Shown: positions 26,218 through 38,343 of the stretch, one piece after another
How the letters are laid out: each line of letters starts with the position of its first letter
Position numbering within the stretch: the first letter of the stretch is position 1
Assembly (NCBI GenBank): GCA_016793115.1
Contig: JAEUIN010000306.1
Coordinates: 6,218 to 70,217, forward strand
From: Planctomycetaceae bacterium
GTDB lineage: Bacteria; Planctomycetota; Planctomycetia; Pirellulales; PNKZ01
DNA: 64,000 bases
Direction: 5' to 3'
Translations under genes and position numbers: made by a program
The notes under the pieces: model-generated
Database searches by the model: none
What the model saw: only the letters and a program-made list of their open reading frames with translations
Told to the model about the DNA's origin: nothing

Positions 26218-27954
26218 TCACTCAACTCGATAAACGGCCTTACCGTTGAGAAAGGTTCGATATACCTTCGTCGCGCGAAGTTCGTCGAGCGGACACGACA
26301 GCGGATCGCGATCGATGATGATAAAGTCGGCCAGCTTGCCGGTTTCGAGCGACCCCACTTTGTCGTCCAGAAACATCAGCCGAGCGTTGTGAGTTGTGTA
26401 CATCCTCAGCACATCGGCGCGACTTGGGGTTTCTTCCGGATGGAGCGGCGTCGAGCCGTCGCGGGTGCGGCGGGTCATCGCGATCCACATGCCGAGCCAT
26501 GGGTCATACGGGTTCACGCTCCGCAGGCCGCCGATCTTTTGCATATGGTCGCTGCCTCCGCCGACGGTGACGCCGGCCGCGAACAAGCTCTTTAGCGGTT
26601 GGAAGTAGCGCAAACGCTTGTCGCCGAATTGAGCCCGCAACGTCTCGCCGTCGAGCCACAACCAAGCCGGTTGAATGTCGCAAACGACGCCGAGTCGCGC
26701 CGCTTGTTCGACCGCCTCTTTGCTCATGAAGTTCGAGTGCGTCAGGCATGGCCGCGTCGGCGCGACGGACTGCGACTTGTTCACCTCTTCATAGGCGGCC
26801 AGCAGCGCATGCACAGCGCCGTCTCCCACGCTGTGGGCCGTAAACTGCAGGTTGCTCTCGACGGCGGCCCGAACCATCGGCACCAAGGTCTCATGCGGAA
26901 TGTAGAGTAATCCACGATAGGCCGGATCGTCGATCGAGTAGATCGAGCTGACGCCCCACGGTTCGCGCATGTAGGCGCTGCCGGTCAGCATCCCACCGTC
27001 GAGGAAGCATTTGATGCCGACGATCTTCAACATCGGGCCTCCCTTGGCGAGCGGCTCACGGGCCACGTTGCGAATATTCTCCGCCAGCTTTTCAGCCGGG
27101 CCGGAGTTACCTACGCTGCGCGAGGCCGCGATGCGCACGGTGAGCTTGTCCGCTTCGAGCAAGCGGCGGTATTGCTCGAGCGCGTCGGTCCCGCAACTGC
27201 GATCGCAAATGCCGGTGATGCCTAGCTTGTTGTAGTCGGCGAACAACGTTTGCATCCGTTCATCGCGATCTTGCTGCGTCACGGGTCGCTTCTTGCCGGA
27301 ACTCCCGCGCTTGAGGAACTTGCCGGCGCTGCGCAGGATGCCCGTCGGCTCGCCCGTCTTCGGATCGAGTTCCACCTTCGCCGCCGGATCGTCCGACTTG
27401 AAGTCTTTATCGATGCCTGAAAGCTTGAGCGCGAGCGAATTAACGGAACTATCGGGCCCGGTCGAGAAGACGACGGGGTTGTTCGGCGCGGCGGCGTCGA
27501 GTTCCGCTTTTGTCGGGTAGCGCCGCTCCTTGAGCCGCGTGATGAACACTTGGCTGATGCCGATCCATTCACCGTCTTCGAGCACACGAGCGCGCTCGGC
27601 CACATAGTCGAGCACGTCTTGAATGGTGTTCATCTCGGGGATGGGATGATCAAACTCGTGCATGCTCGCGCTCGTGGGATGCACGTGCGAATCGATCAGG
27701 CCGGGAATCACGGTTCTGCCGGCTAAATCGATGACTTCGGTATTGGGACCGCGGAACTTCAGCACCGCGGCGTCGTCGCCGACGGCGACGAGCTTGTCTC
27801 CGGTCACCGCCAGAGCCTGAGCGACCGACATACGCGCGTCGACTGTTTGGATCCGGCCGTTGTGCAAAATGAGGTCGGCGGGTACAGCGGCCGAAGCGGA
27901 GTCGCCCGACGCGGCGAGAAACACGGCAAGCGCGAAAAAGAAGCGAATCGGCAT
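26218..27954 (-). CDS. Secreted amidohydrolase-3 family metallohydrolase (YtcJ-like)
   Basis: Signal peptide, the GLIDSHVHP metal-binding HxH motif, and C-terminal GSDH...VGSLETGKLADFIIID. ATG 27954 lies 7 nt after GGAGA (GTG 27957 is an alternative). Confidence 0.9.
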   Translation of the reverse strand: MPIRFFFALAVFLAASGDSASAAVPADLILHNGRIQTVDARMSVAQALAVTGDKLVAVGDDAAVLKFRGPNTEVIDLAGRTVIPGLIDSHVHPTSASMHEFDHPIPEMNTIQDVLDYVAERARVLEDGEWIGISQVFITRLKERRYPTKAELDAAAPNNPVVFSTGPDSSVNSLALKLSGIDKDFKSDDPAAKVELDPKTGEPTGILRSAGKFLKRGSSGKKRPVTQQDRDERMQTLFADYNKLGITGICDRSCGTDALEQYRRLLEADKLTVRIAASRSVGNSGPAEKLAENIRNVAREPLAKGGPMLKIVGIKCFLDGGMLTGSAYMREPWGVSSIYSIDDPAYRGLLYIPHETLVPMVRAAVESNLQFTAHSVGDGAVHALLAAYEEVNKSQSVAPTRPCLTHSNFMSKEAVEQAARLGVVCDIQPAWLWLDGETLRAQFGDKRLRYFQPLKSLFAAGVTVGGGSDHMQKIGGLRSVNPYDPWLGMWIAMTRRTRDGSTPLHPEETPSRADVLRMYTTHNARLMFLDDKVGSLETGKLADFIIIDRDPLSCPLDELRATKVYRTFLNGKAVYRVE

Positions 27955-27972
27955 CACGAAAGTCTCCGGTCG

Positions 27973-28069
27973 GTGCGCATCTATTCAGGCGATAGTTGCG
28001 CACCTCTATTGTCTTACTTAAATGTGCGCATCTAAGGACCGAATAGCTGCGCGGTTTGCGCATCTATTC
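27973..28069. promoter_or_regulatory. Array of TGCGCATCTATTC-type direct and inverted repeats (candidate operator)
   Basis: Perfect 13-mers at 27973-27985 and 28057-28069. Variants at 27996-28010 (TGCGCA+CC+TCTATTG) and 28025-28037 (TGCGCATCTAAGG). An inverted copy GAATAGCTGCGCG sits at 28041-28053. Confidence 0.5.
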
Positions 28070-28680
28070 CAGCGATTTCGCCTCCGTGGTCGTCGCCTTC
28101 ACTTCATGCCGAGAGCCGACTTCGCCGGCATCTTCAAACGACGCTCTCGTCATTCGAGCGACGACGCCCACGGCTCCCGGCATAATCCGGCGACTTAGAA
28201 CTAGACGATCTCGCACCCGGCATCGTAATCATGGCGGCGAGCGTCGTCGAATCCGGAATCGGCCGGCCAAAAAAGCCATGTTGACAACCTGCGACGGACT
28301 GCGGCAGCGAGACTCCAGCGAAGTTGATAGAATCCCGTACGGCTTATTACCGCGGCCGGCAGCACGTAGCCGCCCGCGATTTTTTGGCGGGAGCGACGCG
28401 ACTACAGGGAGCGCGCGAGCCGTGGCGCGCCCGTGCGAAGCGGCTCAGAGAATCAGAGCGCGCGGACCGCTTGAACAAATTCGCGCGGTGTGTCGTCCGC
28501 GCATGAGAATCACCGCAATTCTGCCGCGAGCGGAGCATTTGTTTCGGAGTTGGACGCGGCGCGCCGAGTCGGCGAGATGCAGAAAAAGGGGCTGGGTACG
28601 CCACTTGCGTTTCCCTTAATGACGTCGCACCGCCGCCGCGCTGCTTCAAGCTGCGGCGAACGAGACGCTATCGGGAGGGC

Positions 28681-30474
28681 ATGGCTATGACGCGCAGCTG
28701 GATCGCGGCGTTCTACATCGGGTTCGTTACGTTCGGGGCTGCGGCGCAGGCGGAAGAATATCGACCGGGCGACATGGTCGTCGTCATCGCCGACGCCGAC
28801 CTGCTCGTCGACCAGGAGGTCGTCGATCACGTTGGCCCAGGTTCCGTTTTGAAAGTCGAAGATATCAACGACACCTGGCTTTGGGTCGCCGCAACGAAGC
28901 CGGGTTGGTTGGAGTCGCGAAACGTCATTCCGCTCGATCGGCGCGCGATTGATTCACTGACCGAGATGATCCGGCGTCAGCCGCGCAGCGCCCGCCTTTA
29001 CGACGGGCGGGCGGAGGTCTGGATGAAATTGGGCGAGTTGGATATCGCACTGGCCGACTTGAACGAAGCCCTGCGCCTCAGCCCCGAAAGCGCGCTTTAC
29101 GACAATCGAGGTCGCATTTGGGAGGCCAAAGGAGAATTCGACAAAGCCATCGCCGACTACGACGAGGCCTTGCGTCTCGATCCCACGAGCGTCGAAGCTC
29201 ACCACAATCGCGGCATGGCCTGGTACAAGAAGCGGGATCTCGACCAGGCGATCGCCGACTTCACGGAAGCGATCCGGCTCGGCGGGGCGATCGCGCTGGC
29301 GTATAGCAACCGCGGGTCCGCTTGGTCGGAGAAAGGCGAATATGGCAAAGCGCTGGCCGACCTCGACCAGGCGTTGGAAATCGACCCGAAATTGGTCAAC
29401 GCCTATATCAATCGGGGCGTGGTTTGGGTGGACAAAAACGATTACGACCGGGCGATCGCAAACTTCGACGAAGCGGCGAAGCTCGACCCGACCAACGCCT
29501 CCGTCTTTCTGGATCGCGCCATCGCGTGGCGGCTTAAGGGTGACGCCGATAAGGCTTTAGCCGACTACGGAGAGTGCCTCCGCCTCGATCCCCAAAATGC
29601 CGTGGCCTACGAGCACCGCGGCGACGTGCGGCGGAGCAAGCAAGATTACGACAAAGCGATCGCCGACTACACGGAATCCCTGCGGCTCGCGCCCAACAAC
29701 GTCGACGTCTACGTCAATCGCGGCCGTGCATGGCGCAGCAAACAGGAGTTGGACAAGGCGGTCGCGGATTACGACGCCGCCATCCGCCTCGATCCGAAGG
29801 CGGTCGACGCCTATAAGTTCCGCGCCGATATCCGCAAACTCAATCGCGACTTCGAGCGGGCGATCGCCGACTATGACGAGGCGATCCGCCTCGACCCGAA
29901 GTTCGGCAACGCTTATCTCAATCGAGGTCTGGCGAGAGCCGCGCAGGAAGAGTTCGATCAAGCCGTCGCCGACTTTAAGGCGGCGCTGCACGCCGACCCG
30001 CAAGACGCATTGTCGCAGTATTGCGTGGCCGTGGCCGGGATGTTGCGACGCGACAAAGCGGCCGGCGAGGAGTTTCGTCGTACGATTGAGATGAAGGAAG
30101 CGCCGAACGACGTGGTCGTGAGCGCCGTGATCTTCGGCAACCTCGCCGGACGTCTCGCCGGCGACGATCGCGCCGCGGAGTTTTTGACGAAGTTCAACGA
30201 CGAATTCAAGCCGGAATGGCCGTATCCGTGCGTCGAATTCCTACGCGGCAAACTCGATGAGGCCGGACTGCTTAAGACGGCAATCGATCAAGCGAAGTTG
30301 ACCGAAGTCCATGTCGTGTTGGGGCTCGACGCTCTGGCTAAGGGGCGTACCGCGGACGCCAAGAAGCATCTGCAGTGGGCCGTCGACGAAGGGGGACGGA
30401 TCTACGTGGAGTCCATAATCGCCGTCGTGGAGGCGGCCCGCCTCGATCGTCCCGCGGCGCAAACAAAGAAATAA
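28681..30474 (+). CDS. Secreted SH3-like plus 10x TPR repeat protein
   Basis: Signal peptide, an SH3-like segment (GDMVVVIADADL...WLWVAATKPGWLESRNVIPLD), ten tandem 34-aa TPR units with the core AIADYDEAIRLDP, and a non-repeat C-terminal domain of about 150 aa. Confidence 0.9.
   Translation: MAMTRSWIAAFYIGFVTFGAAAQAEEYRPGDMVVVIADADLLVDQEVVDHVGPGSVLKVEDINDTWLWVAATKPGWLESRNVIPLDRRAIDSLTEMIRRQPRSARLYDGRAEVWMKLGELDIALADLNEALRLSPESALYDNRGRIWEAKGEFDKAIADYDEALRLDPTSVEAHHNRGMAWYKKRDLDQAIADFTEAIRLGGAIALAYSNRGSAWSEKGEYGKALADLDQALEIDPKLVNAYINRGVVWVDKNDYDRAIANFDEAAKLDPTNASVFLDRAIAWRLKGDADKALADYGECLRLDPQNAVAYEHRGDVRRSKQDYDKAIADYTESLRLAPNNVDVYVNRGRAWRSKQELDKAVADYDAAIRLDPKAVDAYKFRADIRKLNRDFERAIADYDEAIRLDPKFGNAYLNRGLARAAQEEFDQAVADFKAALHADPQDALSQYCVAVAGMLRRDKAAGEEFRRTIEMKEAPNDVVVSAVIFGNLAGRLAGDDRAAEFLTKFNDEFKPEWPYPCVEFLRGKLDEAGLLKTAIDQAKLTEVHVVLGLDALAKGRTADAKKHLQWAVDEGGRIYVESIIAVVEAARLDRPAAQTKK
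28990..30009 (+). repeat. Ten tandem 102-nt coding repeats (TPR units)
   Basis: Periodic recurrence of ..NRG.AW..K.-YDKAIADYDEAIRLDP.. in the translation. Confidence 0.85.
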
Positions 30475-30509
30475 CGACCGCGCGTCACAATCCGGCGTAT
30501 GCCCCCGGC

Positions 30510-30953
30510 CTAACCGGGAATGTCGGCTTCGACCAACAGCGCGAGGAGCGTCAGCGATTCTTGCCAGCCGAGGTAGCAGGCCTCGGTAGGAATCGCGTCC
30601 GGGATGCCCTCTTGCACGATGTTCAATTCGGTGCCGCAGCTGACTTTCTTCAGCGTCACCGTGACGCGCATTTCGCCGGGCAGATTCGGATCGTCGAAGC
30701 GGTCCGTGTAGCAAAGGCGTTCGCCCGGTACGAGTTCGACATAGGTGCCGCGGAACGAGTGGCTCGCGCCCGTAGCGAAGTTCGTGAACGACATGTGATA
30801 GCCGCCGCCGACGCGAGCATCCAACTCATGCACCTTGCCGGTGAATCCGTTCGGCGGGAGCCATTTGGATTTGGCGTCGGCGTCGAGGAACGCTTTGTAG
30901 AGCTTTTCCGGAGTCGTGCGCAACACGCGATGAAATCGAACGGTACCGGGCAT
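30510..30953 (-). CDS. SRPBCC-superfamily (AHSA1/Aha1-like) protein
   Basis: 147 aa. PEKLYKAFLDADAKSKWLPP...GGGYHMSF...GTYVELVPGERL...TVTL matches the Aha1/BPI START-like family. Confidence 0.85.
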   Translation of the reverse strand: MPGTVRFHRVLRTTPEKLYKAFLDADAKSKWLPPNGFTGKVHELDARVGGGYHMSFTNFATGASHSFRGTYVELVPGERLCYTDRFDDPNLPGEMRVTVTLKKVSCGTELNIVQEGIPDAIPTEACYLGWQESLTLLALLVEADIPG

Positions 30954-31010
30954 GGTAATTTCCTTAGCGACGGATTCAGAACGGTCGGATGCCGCTCGAC
31001 AAGGCGGAAG

Positions 31011-31616
31011 TCAGTGCGCCGTGCGAACCACTCCGAAATAGGTGCGCGTATCGGGCCGACCGAGCGAACGGAAGGCGGCGGCGAAAACTGCGGCGAAGGC
31101 CAAGGTAACGCAGGTCATATAGAGTCGGCCTTGCCATGGGACCGGCACGCCGTCGGTCGCGAGCGGAGCGAAGGGGATAATGACGACGAAGCCGACAAAC
31201 CAGAGCACGGCCAGCGCGGCGGCGATGCGGAAGGTGAACCAAGCCCAGCGCTGCGCGGCCAATAAACCGGCAAACAGCAGTAAGGCCGGCGGGAACAAGA
31301 GCGTCGTCCAGTAGAAGACTCGCCCTTCTTGGCGAACCAACCGGTCGCTCAATTCCAACGCGCAGAAGGCAAGAAAGATTATGTTGGCCGCCAGCGCGAT
31401 CCGCGCTCCGCTCGGCGTCGCCGCGGTCGATCGAAGCCGCGAGCCGGCGCTAAGCAGGAGGAACCCGCAGAGCAATAGGGCGAAGCCGCTTGCGAGAACC
31501 GCACCGGCGATTTGGGCGGACTCTTCGTTCGCCAAATGAGCGAATACGACAGGCAAGATCGCGGCGGCGCCCATGAGCGCGGTCGCGGACCCGGAAGCGA
31601 GCAAACTACGTTTCAT
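31011..31616 (-). CDS. Hypothetical membrane protein (201 aa, about 6 TM)
   Basis: Start at MKRSLLASGSATALMGAAA (ATG 31616). Hydrophobic throughout. Confidence 0.6.
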   Translation of the reverse strand: MKRSLLASGSATALMGAAAILPVVFAHLANEESAQIAGAVLASGFALLLCGFLLLSAGSRLRSTAATPSGARIALAANIIFLAFCALELSDRLVRQEGRVFYWTTLLFPPALLLFAGLLAAQRWAWFTFRIAAALAVLWFVGFVVIIPFAPLATDGVPVPWQGRLYMTCVTLAFAAVFAAAFRSLGRPDTRTYFGVVRTAH

Positions 31617-31715
31617 GAACGTCCTCGCGCCCACGTATGACAACGATTCTTTCGCGCAAACTCAAGCGACGGCGTGACTGCGTGTGCCGCGCCATGCTCG
31701 GCACACCCCTACATC

Positions 31716-34991
<3,276 letters not shown>

Positions 34992-35157
34992 GGCAAACAA
35001 CCTCTGGGCTAAAGCAAGCGGCGAAAGCGAACGCGCGGACACCGACCCGGTGAGTCGTCGGGTTCGGTGTAAAATCCCACCAACTTAACACGATGCGAGC
35101 GACGGGTTCAAGGGGCCGGAAAGTGCGGGTGCGAAGCGGAAATCGATCGCGGCGCGG

Positions 35158-38100
35158 CTAGGCGACGCCTGCGGGTTGCGGATCGCCGCGGGCGGCGGAT
35201 TCGGTTTCGTCGTCGTCTTGTGTGGGCGGACTCCACCAATCGCTGAAGCCTTGGAAGATGACGAAAAACGTCGGCACGAAGAACACGGTGAGAACCGTCG
35301 AGGCGATCATGCCGCCGAATACCGCGGTGCCGAGCGCTTGTTGGCCGGCGGCGCCGGGTCCGTCGGCGACGACGAGCGGAAGGACGCCGAGAATGAACGC
35401 GAACGACGTCATCAAGATCGGCCGAAGACGCAGACGCGCCGCCTCCACGGCCGCTTCGCGAATCGATTTTCCCCGTCCGTGCAAGTCGCGGGAGAACTCG
35501 ACCACGAGAATCGCATTTTTGCTGGCGAGCGCGATGATCAGCACGATGCCGATTTGCGTGTAGAGATTGTTGTCGAGATTGCGGAGCCCGACCGCGGCGA
35601 CGGCGCCGAGGATACCGAGCGGCACGATGATGATCACGGCCAGCGGCGTGAACCAGTTTTCATATTGGGCGGCGAGAACGAGATACACCAACAGCACGGC
35701 CATCAAGAAAATGAGCAACGCTCCGCCGCGCACCTTCACTTCTTGGTAAGCCATGCCCGCCCAGTCGTAGCCCATGGCTCTCGGCAAGTTCCGCGCGGCG
35801 ATCTGCTCCATCAAATCGAGCGCTTCGCCGGAGCTGTAGCCGGGAGCCGGCTCGCCGGTGATTTGCGCGGTCGGGTAGAGATTGTGGCGATTGATGATCT
35901 GCGGGCCGAACGATTTGCGCACTTCGACCATCGCCCCAAGCGGAATCATGGCGCCGGCCGTGTTGCGAACTTCGAGTCGGCGAATGTCGTCGGGCTCGCT
36001 GCGGAAGGCCGTATCGGCTTGCACGCGCACTTGGTAGGTGCGGCCGAATTTATTGAAGTCGTTCACATAGGTGGAACCGAGATAGGCTTGCAGCGTGCCG
36101 AACACCGTGGCCAAAGGCACGTTCAGGGCTTTGACTTTCGTGCGATCGACGTCGACGAACAGCTGCGGCACGCCGGGGCGGAACGTGGAATTCACGCCCG
36201 AAAGTCCGGTTTGCGTTTGCGAGTCGTCGACGATCGCCTGAGTCACTTGCTGCAATTCGGAAAGGCCGACGTCGGCGCGATCTTCGATTTGCATTTGAAA
36301 GCCGGCGCGGACGCCGAGCCCGCGAATCGCGGGCGGCGGGAAAGGAAATGCGATCGCTTCGCGAAGGCCGGCGAGTTTGCCTCCTAGTTCCTTGAGGAGC
36401 ACGCCGAGCGTGCGCCCCTGCGGCAGTCGTTCGTCCCAATCCTTGAGCGTGACGAACAGCGTGCCGGTGTTCGAGGCGTTGGAGTTGTCGAGCAGCGAGA
36501 GGCCGCCGATGGTGATCCAATCGGCGACGCCCGCGGTTTCCGTGAGGATCTTATCGATCTCGCGCATCACTTCTTGGGTGCGCGGTTGGCTGGCGGCGTC
36601 GGGCAATTGCACGCTGATGAAGATGTAGCCTTGGTCTTCGGTCGGAAAAAAGCCGGTCGGCACGCGCTGATAGAGCCAGCCGGTCAGGGCGATCAGTCCG
36701 GCGAACGCCATGACGACGAGCGCCACGTGGCGCACCAGCACGCGCACGACGGCCGTGTAAATCCGCTCGACCAGGTCGTACGCCTTGTTGAATCCGCGGA
36801 AGAAGAAGTTTTTTCGCTTGGAAGGCGGCCGCAGCCAGAGGGCGCTCTGCGCCGGCTTGAGCGTCACGGCGTTGATCGCGCTGATCAGCGCCGTGGCCGC
36901 GATGGTGAGCGCAAATTGGCGATAGAGCTGTCCGGTGATGCCGCCGAAAAACGCGCTGGGAATGAACACGGCGAGGAGCACGAGGGTGATGCCGATGATC
37001 GGGCCGAGCACTTCCGACATGGCCTTGATCGTCGCCGGCTTCGGCTTCATTCCTTCTTCAAGGTGGTGCGTCGCGTTTTCGACGATCACGATCGCATCGT
37101 CGACGACGATGCCGATCGCCAGCACCAGACCGAACAGCGTGAGGATATTGACCGTGAAGCCGAGCGCATACATCGCCGCGAAGGCCCCGACGATCGTCAC
37201 GGGCACGGTCGTCGCCGGAATGAGGATCGCCCGCCAATCTTGCAGGAACAGCAAGATGACGACGAGGACGAGCACGCCGGCCTCGAAGAGCGTCTTCCAC
37301 ACTTCGTGAATCGAGGCGGACACGAACTTGGTCGTGTCGAGGGGCGTTTCGTAGCTGACTCCTTCGGGAAACGAGGATTTGAGTTTTTCCATCGTCACCG
37401 TGACTTGCTCGGCGACGTCGAGCGCATTGGCTCCGGGAAGCTGATAAATGCCGATGCTCGCCGTCGGCTTTCCTTTCTTGAGATTGAATTGATCGTACGT
37501 CTGTGCGCCCAATTCAATCGTGGCGACGTCTTTTAATCGCGTCGCTTCCACGCCTTCGCCCGTCTTGACGATGATTTCCTTAAACTGCTCGACGTCGCTC
37601 AACCGGCCGAGCACCGAAACGGTGTATTGAAAAGCTTGGTCCTTCGGCGAAGGCGGCTGCCCGATGCGGCCCGCCGCGACTTGCACGTTTTGCTCCGCGA
37701 TCGCCGCCGTGACCTCCGCCGTCGTCAGGCTGCGGGCCTTGAGCTTTTGCGGATCGAGCCAGACGCGCATGCTGTATTGTCCGGTGCCGAACACGTTGGC
37801 GTCGCCGACGCCCGGGACGCGCACGAGTTCGTCGCGGACGCGCAGCGTCGCGAAATTGGAGAGAAACAAGTTGTCGTGCTGCGGGTCCGTAGACGTCAGC
37901 GCGATGATCTTGATGATGTTCGTCGACTGCTTTCGCACCGTGACGCCCTGCCGCTTCACTTCCTCCGGCAGCAGCGCTTCGGCCAGGGCGACGCGGTTTT
38001 GCACGAGCACTTGGGCGTCGTCCAAATCGGTACCGATTTCAAACGTCACGGTGAGGGAATAGGAGCCGTCGGCCGAACAGGTGCTCGTCATGTAGAGCAT

Positions 38101-38325
38101 GTTCTCCACGCCGTTCACCTGCTGTTCGATCGGTGAAGCGACCGTGTCCGACACGACTTTCGCATCGGCCCCGGGATAGTTGGCCGATACGCGGACCGTG
38201 GGGGGCGTGATTTCCGGATATTGTTCGATCGGCAAGGCGTAGAGCGCCACGGCGCCGATCAAGATCGTGATGATCGCGATGACGTTGGCGAAGATCGGCC
38301 GCTGAATGAAGAAATTGGAAAGCAT
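35158..38325 (-). CDS. RND (HAE1/AcrB-type) efflux transporter permease
   Basis: MLSNFFIQRPIFANVIAIITIL...YPEITPPTV N-terminus. 1055 aa with the 12-TM AcrB architecture. Confidence 0.97.
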   Translation of the reverse strand: MLSNFFIQRPIFANVIAIITILIGAVALYALPIEQYPEITPPTVRVSANYPGADAKVVSDTVASPIEQQVNGVENMLYMTSTCSADGSYSLTVTFEIGTDLDDAQVLVQNRVALAEALLPEEVKRQGVTVRKQSTNIIKIIALTSTDPQHDNLFLSNFATLRVRDELVRVPGVGDANVFGTGQYSMRVWLDPQKLKARSLTTAEVTAAIAEQNVQVAAGRIGQPPSPKDQAFQYTVSVLGRLSDVEQFKEIIVKTGEGVEATRLKDVATIELGAQTYDQFNLKKGKPTASIGIYQLPGANALDVAEQVTVTMEKLKSSFPEGVSYETPLDTTKFVSASIHEVWKTLFEAGVLVLVVILLFLQDWRAILIPATTVPVTIVGAFAAMYALGFTVNILTLFGLVLAIGIVVDDAIVIVENATHHLEEGMKPKPATIKAMSEVLGPIIGITLVLLAVFIPSAFFGGITGQLYRQFALTIAATALISAINAVTLKPAQSALWLRPPSKRKNFFFRGFNKAYDLVERIYTAVVRVLVRHVALVVMAFAGLIALTGWLYQRVPTGFFPTEDQGYIFISVQLPDAASQPRTQEVMREIDKILTETAGVADWITIGGLSLLDNSNASNTGTLFVTLKDWDERLPQGRTLGVLLKELGGKLAGLREAIAFPFPPPAIRGLGVRAGFQMQIEDRADVGLSELQQVTQAIVDDSQTQTGLSGVNSTFRPGVPQLFVDVDRTKVKALNVPLATVFGTLQAYLGSTYVNDFNKFGRTYQVRVQADTAFRSEPDDIRRLEVRNTAGAMIPLGAMVEVRKSFGPQIINRHNLYPTAQITGEPAPGYSSGEALDLMEQIAARNLPRAMGYDWAGMAYQEVKVRGGALLIFLMAVLLVYLVLAAQYENWFTPLAVIIIVPLGILGAVAAVGLRNLDNNLYTQIGIVLIIALASKNAILVVEFSRDLHGRGKSIREAAVEAARLRLRPILMTSFAFILGVLPLVVADGPGAAGQQALGTAVFGGMIASTVLTVFFVPTFFVIFQGFSDWWSPPTQDDDETESAARGDPQPAGVA

Positions 38326-38343
38326 GCTCTCAGCTTGGGGCGT

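Noticed and set aside
28056-28619. 187-aa plus-strand ORF, and the overlapping minus-strand ORFs (28347..28649, 28510..28830), in the amidohydrolase/TPR spacer
   Set aside because: They are extremely Arg-rich and Ser/Ala/Pro/Thr-rich, with no RBS and no motif. They were treated as non-coding.
28990-30009. Regular about 102-nt periodic DNA repeats that could be mistaken for a repeat array or CRISPR
   Set aside because: They are in-frame TPR units of a single long ORF. There is no repeat-spacer structure and no cas genes.
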